A DNA stretch of 64,000 bases from Candidatus Thorarchaeota archaeon (GTDB lineage Archaea > Asgardarchaeota > Thorarchaeia > Thorarchaeales > Thorarchaeaceae). Position 1 is the stretch's first letter; each line of letters begins with the position of its first letter. The DNA is taken from contig DXJO01000006.1 of assembly GCA_019057475.1 (NCBI GenBank), forward strand, positions 68,984-132,983, read 5' to 3'. The notes below the pieces were generated by a model, which saw nothing but the letters and a program-made list of their open reading frames with translations, had not been told where the DNA came from and did not search any database. Both the position numbers and the translations under genes were made by a program. This document shows, one piece after another, positions 57,773-64,000 of the stretch.

Positions 57773-59410
57773 CTACTCGTTGGTGTAGAATTCAGTGATA
57801 CTGTCCTCTTCAATCTTCGAGGGGCTGTGACGAGTTCGCCATTCGTCGACCGGCACTGAGAACTTTTTCTCCACCCTTGATCTGTGAATTGTGTTCATCG
57901 TGCAGAATGGGATTATCCTGCCGTCGGGCACAGCGTAGTTAATGTCGCAGTGCTGCACACGCTCTAGATCTAAATTATAGGGGTCCTGGAAGTGCATCAT
58001 TCCAATCATGATTACGTGATTCATGAAATTCGAAAGGGTCAAGTAATCGCCTGTCTTCAGGAACGCCTTCGTCAGCTGACTGAGCATGCCCCTATCCTTG
58101 ACGTAACGAATACCTGCCGCAAGTTTGACCTTAGCTCTTTTGCCAGCCCCTTTCTTTTTGTCTGCATAGAGATTTGAGATGTCCACGAATAAATCGATGA
58201 ACTTGTCAATATCCATCAAATCTGTAATGGGCCTGTATCTGCCATCGTCGTCGATGTAGATGAAAGTGGACATTCCGCAAGCGAAGTGTGTACAGAGTTC
58301 AAGCTGAGGGGTGTTCTGCATGAAACCCAGTCCGCGACCTAAAGGCATCATCGAGGGCACAGTGTACCATTCCGAGGCTGGTATCTGACCTCCGGTCTGT
58401 TCCTCGATTAACTTGATGACATCGGGGATTGTGATTCGCATCTCTTTGCGCGCATCATGGTCAATCCGTCCAGTGATACTTACAGGCTGGAAGTTGACAC
58501 TGCGAACCACATCTCGATTCTCCACAGCGAACTCAATGATTTTTCCAACCTGATCATCGTTCATACCGCGAACCACTGTCGGGACCAGGATGAGAGAGAG
58601 CTCTCCAACCTCTCGAACATTCTGTATTGCCTGCTTCTTTACGGGCAGAATGTTGATGCCTCTGGCTGCAATGTATGGCTCCGGCGTGACGCCATCGAAC
58701 TGCATGTAGATCGTTGAGAGGCCCGCATCACGAAGTTCTTGCAGGTACACCTTGCTCTTGCCAATTCTAATGGCGTTGCTTGCAATCATAACATAGTTGA
58801 ATCCTAGCTGCCTCGCCCATTTGATGTATTGTGGCAGGTGTTTGCTAACGGTTGGCTCTCCACCCGCAAACTGGATGGCCGGAGGATAGACCGGAAGGTT
58901 CCTTCGAAGATTTCTCATCATCTCAAGGACTTGCTCCGGCGAGGGTTCATACACAGTGCCTTCTTCTGCAGCTACCGCAAAACAGATTGGACATCGCAAG
59001 TTGCAGCGGTTGGTGACATCAATTAAGCCGAGAGCCGTATATGACCTGTGTTCTGGACACTGACCACAGTCCTCAGGACAGCCCTTCACGGTCTTGGTCC
59101 TAGGATTATCCAGGCCCACTGTCTTATACCACCGTTTCTGGGCCTTTCTCCACATGTCTGCGTCGCCCCAGTAGACGTCAATGAACTCACCGTGCTTCTC
59201 GCAGGTCTTCTTGTACATGACCTTGCCGTCCTCTTCATAGAGGGTAGCATCTATCACATTTACTTCATCATGCTCCAAAATGCACTCAGGGCAGATGGAC
59301 TGCGTAGTGTACGGAAGCTCCTTTTCGGGATGTAGCTCAACATGGTATCTAGAAACGTCCCCATGAGTGAGTGGCTCTTCCGGAATTGGCTTTACTTCAT
59401 CAGTTGCCAC
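57773..59410 (-). CDS. radical SAM enzyme with an N-terminal Cys-rich (Zn-ribbon/rubredoxin-like) region and a large C-terminal domain. The architecture is Tes/GDGT-MAS-like (Mj0619-type)
   Basis: It has the radical-SAM motif CNLRCPIC, an additional CPEDCGQCPEH motif, an N-terminal CPEC...CEKHG region and C-terminal Cys pairs. It is 545 aa. Confidence 0.5.
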   Translation of the reverse strand: MATDEVKPIPEEPLTHGDVSRYHVELHPEKELPYTTQSICPECILEHDEVNVIDATLYEEDGKVMYKKTCEKHGEFIDVYWGDADMWRKAQKRWYKTVGLDNPRTKTVKGCPEDCGQCPEHRSYTALGLIDVTNRCNLRCPICFAVAAEEGTVYEPSPEQVLEMMRNLRRNLPVYPPAIQFAGGEPTVSKHLPQYIKWARQLGFNYVMIASNAIRIGKSKVYLQELRDAGLSTIYMQFDGVTPEPYIAARGINILPVKKQAIQNVREVGELSLILVPTVVRGMNDDQVGKIIEFAVENRDVVRSVNFQPVSITGRIDHDARKEMRITIPDVIKLIEEQTGGQIPASEWYTVPSMMPLGRGLGFMQNTPQLELCTHFACGMSTFIYIDDDGRYRPITDLMDIDKFIDLFVDISNLYADKKKGAGKRAKVKLAAGIRYVKDRGMLSQLTKAFLKTGDYLTLSNFMNHVIMIGMMHFQDPYNLDLERVQHCDINYAVPDGRIIPFCTMNTIHRSRVEKKFSVPVDEWRTRHSPSKIEEDSITEFYTNE

Positions 59411-59687
59411 GATTGGTCCACCCCATAATGGAAGTTCAGCCCACGCCCAGCAAGGCCGACTTGTGCCCTAAAACCTGGATTTTTCGGATATAACTTTTGC
59501 CCAATGTTTCGGACCGTCCAAGAAGGAGGATAAAGACAACTTCTGATTTGGATTGCTAACGCACATCGAACGTTTTTAAGAATCTTCTACGATTTATGTT
59601 ACTAGTTGAACCTGCAACTGTCGCAAAGCAAACGTTATATGTGCGCGATTGTGCATTTGATTTACACAACCGCTAGAGGATAATTCG

Positions 59688-60272
59688 ATGGAGTCCGAGA
59701 AACTTCTGATTGTGGGAATGATCGGTGTCATAATTGTGGTTGGCTTGATTGTTGTTGCCAGCCCATATCTGTTCTTGACGCCCACTGATGGGAACAATGA
59801 CAATAGCAACGGCTCTAGTGGAAGTATACCCCGTGACGTTGATCTTCTTGACCGCTCTCTCGAAGTACCGGATTGGAATCTCTTAATGTCGGACGATTCC
59901 ATAATTGCAATACATGAACTCCGGGGCAAGTTTGTGATTGTTGATTTGATGGCGCTCTGGTGTGGTCCCTGTGCTTCTCAGAGCATCGAACTGCTTAAGG
60001 TCTACGATAACTTTGATTCTGACTCGTTGATCATTATCTCGCTCACGATAGATGATGCAGAAACGATTGAGATGATGGCTGAGTATAAGACGGATAATGA
60101 CTTGCCATGGCCACACGGCCTCGATACCAGTGATGTGTTTGGTGACTACTTCTCAGTATCATCCATTCCAACGTTAATAGTAATAGACGACAACGGATAC
60201 TTTAGATGGGTGCACCCTGGCCTCTGGACTGAGAGCAGTATCTCCGAAACCCTCTCTCAAATGATGCCCTGA
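59688..60272 (+). CDS. TlpA/ResA-like thiol-disulfide oxidoreductase (thioredoxin fold), membrane-anchored
   Basis: It has an N-terminal TM and a WCGPC active site in a thioredoxin-like context. Confidence 0.75.
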   Translation: MESEKLLIVGMIGVIIVVGLIVVASPYLFLTPTDGNNDNSNGSSGSIPRDVDLLDRSLEVPDWNLLMSDDSIIAIHELRGKFVIVDLMALWCGPCASQSIELLKVYDNFDSDSLIIISLTIDDAETIEMMAEYKTDNDLPWPHGLDTSDVFGDYFSVSSIPTLIVIDDNGYFRWVHPGLWTESSISETLSQMMP

Positions 60273-60291
60273 TTGTTGAGTTGTTGAGCTG

Positions 60292-60984
60292 ATGATGCAA
60301 GGAGCAATTGAACTGGCCATCTTCTTGGCAGGGGCTTTCACGACTGGGCTCTATGTAGCTCTCTCACCGTGTCTATTCCCGTTACTTCCGCTATTTCTAA
60401 TCCGTAGCCTTAATGCCACTGATAGCAGAAAGCAGAGTCTTCTTGTAACTGGGGTTCTTGTCCTGGGTTTGATCACATCTCTGGCCGTACTATCTCTCGT
60501 AACGACTGTGGTACAGGCATTCCTGCTGAATCACTTCACTAACCTTCAAGCCGTGATAGGAGGCATAATTGTATTCTTTGGAATACTCACAATGTCGGAC
60601 ACCTTACGAAATGCATTGCACCTTTCCAGCTTAGCTCCAAAGGTTCAGCCGGGTAATCCAAAGAGTCTTGCAGGTGTTTTTTTGGTAGGGCTTGGCTATT
60701 CATTTATGGCAGCTCCTTGTGCATTCTCTGCAATAGTTGCCATCCCCATCATTTTTGGCGTTCAGTCGAACCCGTTTAACATGATTTTGATGTTTATTTT
60801 CCTTTCAATTGGAGTTTCGATTCCTTATCTAGCAATCGCAGTAGTCACCGGTGAAGGTAGAACGAGGATGGCCATGTCCATGCAACAGCACACACGTAAG
60901 GTTGAGATTCTGGCTGGAATCTTACTGATTGCAATTGGAATCATCCTAATACTCCCTGCCTTTGGGATTACGCTCCTGTACTAA
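60292..60984 (+). CDS. ccdA: CcdA/DsbD-family transmembrane electron-transfer protein
   Basis: It has six TM helices and two conserved Cys in TM1 and TM4 (LSPCLFP; AAPCAFS). It lies directly downstream of the TlpA-like gene. Confidence 0.7.
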   Translation: MMQGAIELAIFLAGAFTTGLYVALSPCLFPLLPLFLIRSLNATDSRKQSLLVTGVLVLGLITSLAVLSLVTTVVQAFLLNHFTNLQAVIGGIIVFFGILTMSDTLRNALHLSSLAPKVQPGNPKSLAGVFLVGLGYSFMAAPCAFSAIVAIPIIFGVQSNPFNMILMFIFLSIGVSIPYLAIAVVTGEGRTRMAMSMQQHTRKVEILAGILLIAIGIILILPAFGITLLY

Positions 60985-60994
60985 TGGCCTTGTT

Positions 60995-61762
60995 TCACAA
61001 GAAGAGATTCTCATCCCTAGACCTGAGAATGTCAGCTACAGAACCATCCTTCTGTTTGTACTCAATACCTCTGATCAAGGCAACCGGTATTCCTTCATTC
61101 GCTTGGCCCATCACGAGTTCTGCCGCAGAGGCGAGTTCGTCAGCTAGACAGACAAGAGAAGACCGCAGCTCTCTACCGTATAGGTCCTTTCTGTTTCTGT
61201 TATCCGTGAAGGGGGACATTCCAGCGACTCCTATCGCAAGATTGGTTGCCCCTTTTCTCCAGGGTCGGCCTTGAGTATCGCAGATGATTACGGGTAAGTG
61301 GAATCCAAAAACCTTGGAAAGCTTGACATGAAGTTTGCTGGCTGAATCATCTGGATGCTCTGGCAAAGCGATGAATCTTCCTGTAGGAGCGTTGCTACTG
61401 TCGACGCCTGAATAATCAGTGATAATCCCTTGTCTAGTTTGTGTAACCAGTACAGAGGATTCTCGAATTATCTCTGCTGCCTCGCGAAGAGCAAGTTCTA
61501 CTTTCTCCGGTTCCTGACCCATTTTCTCAGCGAGCATTCTTGCCTTGTCCGAGATATCCATTTCTTCTATTTTGAAGACTCTTCCTTCTGCAACTGATAC
61601 AATTGTATGTGATACAATTAGGATATCTCCTGGCTTCGGTTCTTGAGTGTCTGCTTGAAGGGTCGTCAGTATCAACTCAGATAGGTCGTCCAGCTCCTTC
61701 ACCAAAGGCATGCCCCTAAGTGGGATTATCTCAAGACGCTGAGCTCGCATGGGGTCTATCAT
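60995..61762 (-). CDS. cofE: coenzyme F420-0:L-glutamate ligase (CofE)
   Basis: Its ~250 aa align by eye with archaeal CofE (EIIPLRGMPLVKELDDLSELI...ILIVSHTIVSVAEGR). Confidence 0.75.
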   Translation of the reverse strand: MIDPMRAQRLEIIPLRGMPLVKELDDLSELILTTLQADTQEPKPGDILIVSHTIVSVAEGRVFKIEEMDISDKARMLAEKMGQEPEKVELALREAAEIIRESSVLVTQTRQGIITDYSGVDSSNAPTGRFIALPEHPDDSASKLHVKLSKVFGFHLPVIICDTQGRPWRKGATNLAIGVAGMSPFTDNRNRKDLYGRELRSSLVCLADELASAAELVMGQANEGIPVALIRGIEYKQKDGSVADILRSRDENLFL

Positions 61763-62439
61763 CTCTCTTTGGAGACTTCCGTTTCGCCAATCTCCTTTGC
61801 TTCAGGTATCTCATCCTGCGGTAGCTTTTCAATTGCAGATATGCCTTGATTGATGTTGTCACCTAGTCCTGCTTGTAACCTCAACTCTATTGGTATCGCT
61901 TTGTACAGCAGAACTCCCCCAATGACATTGATGCATGCTTGTACGATATTCCAAGGAAAATACAAGATTGCATCAGCAAGAGCAAATTCGAAAGTTGCCG
62001 CGTAGAAATAGGGTGACAAAATAAGAGTTGCGAAGAACATGCCTACCGACCTGAATAGAGAAGCTGTCACCACCCAAATGAAAATTTCTGTCCATTCACT
62101 CGTCTCACGTCTGCGTGTTATTTTCTTAGCAAGCACTATTCCCAGAATCGTAAGCAATTCAGCTACGCCCTTGAATGTAGCACTTGCTATTTTTCCTCTG
62201 TATGCAATGGAAACCCACATGATGAAAATGGTGATGATCGAATAGAAGCCACCCAATCCAAGAAGAACAATCACTAAAGGGATTCCCGTTGGATCGAGGG
62301 TGAAGAATCCAACAGTCCTGATGTCAGTGACTCCAAGAATGGGGTAAGCTTCAAGCATGATGACCATTGCACTGAATAGAGCTAGAAGGGCTATGCTCTT
62401 GGAATCCTTACGAACCGGACTGATTCTTGGCCATTGCAT
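61759..62439 (-). CDS. six-TM membrane protein, possibly an ECF-type S component or small transporter, translationally coupled to cofE
   Basis: It has a 4-nt overlap with the cofE start and ~6 hydrophobic helices. Confidence 0.4.
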   Translation of the reverse strand: MQWPRISPVRKDSKSIALLALFSAMVIMLEAYPILGVTDIRTVGFFTLDPTGIPLVIVLLGLGGFYSIITIFIMWVSIAYRGKIASATFKGVAELLTILGIVLAKKITRRRETSEWTEIFIWVVTASLFRSVGMFFATLILSPYFYAATFEFALADAILYFPWNIVQACINVIGGVLLYKAIPIELRLQAGLGDNINQGISAIEKLPQDEIPEAKEIGETEVSKER

Positions 62440-62878
62440 CGGCGCAGTGTGTCTCCTTGTATACTAATTTATGGACCTGTGTAGTTTCACTAAGCAGCCT
62501 AAAAACTAGAGAGTATTAAACGATTGCCAAAGGAATGAGAGAGATAGTCCCCGACCCGAAGACCGGGGACAAAGGAGGAGAAAAGAGAATAGTTCTATTT
62601 GCCTTTCATTGCTTCTGGGTGATTCTCCATGACATGACTCTTCATTTCCGCTTGGGAGTTGAAGGAATGACTACAGAGCTTGCACTCAAACTTTGTTAAT
62701 CCATTTCGGGCATAACTATCAATTAACTATAGTACACTTAACAATATAAAAGTATTGCGTTTGGGCGTTGAGAAGGTTCTTGTATTCGGAGATCCAGCAT
62801 TTGGTCCAACATCATACTAGCGTATACATTAGGAAACCCTTTTCATACTCAAAGTCGAAAGGTACAGAGTGACCAGCA

Positions 62879-64000
62879 ATGTTTGGTGTCGAAGAAGAAG
62901 CATACCCGCTCGAGCAAATGATTGACGTTGCTTCAGGCAGAGCGCGCGCAGACCTCGTTCTGAAGAACGCATCTGTGGTCAACGTCTTTACTAATGACAT
63001 CATTGAGGGTGATGTTGCCATTCATCGGGGCTACGTCGCTGGTATTGGGAACTACGAAGGCAACTCTGCTATCGATATGAAGGGCAAGTATGTCGCTCCC
63101 TCTTTCATTGATGGTCATGTGCATATTGAATCATCAATGGTCACGCCCATTCAGTATGCCCGCGCTGTTGTACCACGTGGCACCGGTGCAGTGATTGCAG
63201 ATCCTCATGAGATTGCGAACGTTCTCGGCATGGAGGGGATTATGTTCATGCGCAAGAGCATGCGAAGCGGTTTACTGGACTTCTATGTCATGCTGCCATC
63301 ATGTGTTCCATCAACTGATCTAGAAACCAACGGCGTGGCTCTTGATTCCCTAGATATAAAGCCGTTAATGACCGAGCCGTATGTCCTTGGACTGGCCGAG
63401 GTGATGAACTATCCAGGAGTGATCTATAGAGACCCCGCGGTCCTTGGGAAGATTCGGGTTGCAATGCAACACAATAAGCGGATAGATGGTCATGCTCCGG
63501 GTCTATCTGGAATGAGTCTAAACGCTTACGCCGTCGCGCGCATAACCTCTGAACACGAATGCACAACATTAGAGGAGGCCAAGGAGAAACTAGCTGTTGG
63601 AATGCAAATTCATATCAGAGAAGGCTCAACGGCTAAGAATCTCAAGGCCCTTGCGGGAATTCTCAATCCGGGAAGTGCTATGTTCTGTAGCTTCGTAACG
63701 GATGATCGTAACACACTGGATTTGGTCACTAAAGGACACATTGACAGTATGGTGCGGGATGCCATCGCTCTAGGTGTAGACCCAATCGTAGCCATAAAAG
63801 CTGCAACGATTTCCACTGCGAGGCACTACGGTCTCAGACACAAGGGGTCTATTGCTCCAGGTCACAACGCAGACCTCGTAGTTCTTGATAGTCTTAAGAA
63901 AGTCAATGTGAAGATGGTGTTCAAGAAAGGCGAGCTTGTAGCAAAAGATGGTGTGCTAGTTAAGGAGATGGGTGAGATTGAAACCCCGCGCTTAAGAAGA
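62879..64000 (+). CDS. ade: adenine deaminase (amidohydrolase superfamily), 3'-truncated by the window end
   Basis: I translated it myself from the ATG at 62879. It has the IDGHVHIESSMVTP metal-binding motif and amidohydrolase patterns typical of adenine deaminase. The frame stays open to 64000, and it is not in the ORF track because it is partial. Confidence 0.75.
   Translation, partial: MFGVEEEAYPLEQMIDVASGRARADLVLKNASVVNVFTNDIIEGDVAIHRGYVAGIGNYEGNSAIDMKGKYVAPSFIDGHVHIESSMVTPIQYARAVVPRGTGAVIADPHEIANVLGMEGIMFMRKSMRSGLLDFYVMLPSCVPSTDLETNGVALDSLDIKPLMTEPYVLGLAEVMNYPGVIYRDPAVLGKIRVAMQHNKRIDGHAPGLSGMSLNAYAVARITSEHECTTLEEAKEKLAVGMQIHIREGSTAKNLKALAGILNPGSAMFCSFVTDDRNTLDLVTKGHIDSMVRDAIALGVDPIVAIKAATISTARHYGLRHKGSIAPGHNADLVVLDSLKKVNVKMVFKKGELVAKDGVLVKEMGEIETPRLRR

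Noticed and set aside
1-64000. CRISPR arrays, transposases/IS elements, rRNA
   Set aside because: No regularly spaced direct repeats, inverted-repeat-flanked transposase ORFs or rRNA-like conserved stretches were seen on visual scan.

Overview
The window is a 64 kb archaeal chromosomal segment, about 90% coding on both strands, with roughly 55 genes. I found no rRNA, tRNA, CRISPR array or transposase. The gene content points to a mesophilic anaerobic archaeon, possibly Asgard-like (this is inference). The clues are a crenarchaeal-type OB-fold SSB, a Y-family DinB polymerase, the F420 ligase CofE and an F420-type LLM oxidoreductase, a flavodiiron FprA, an H+-pyrophosphatase, and MtaA-like corrinoid methyltransferases. 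There are also eukaryote-like signature proteins: a Ras/Rab-type small GTPase and a standalone leucine-rich-repeat protein. Recognisable modules are listed below.
- An ArsR-regulated P1B metal ATPase.
- An NfeD-flotillin pair.
- An ECF transporter (S, fused AA', T) next to a corrinoid protein and an MtaA-like methyltransferase.
- A GlcD-type FAD oxidase with split HdrC/HdrB-like Fe-S subunits.
- An amidinotransferase plus an OTC-family carbamoyltransferase, and two tandem aminotransferases.
- A TlpA-CcdA thiol-disulfide relay.
- Four PAS sensor histidine kinases with no response regulator in the window.
The most unusual items are described in the findings.
- Two tandem paralogous beta-propeller surface proteins share a C-terminal tripartite sorting-signal-like motif, which reads LPETG in one copy.
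- A histidine kinase is fused to a C-terminal thioredoxin-like CxxC domain.
- The NfeD protein carries a ~110-residue His/Asp/Glu-repeat insertion.
- The SSB has a eukaryote-like RGG/YGG (GAR-like) tail.
- Two tandem kinases have a Cys-triad PAS motif.
- There is a Tes/GDGT-MAS-like radical SAM enzyme.
- A block of uncharacterised genes sits around the LRR protein.
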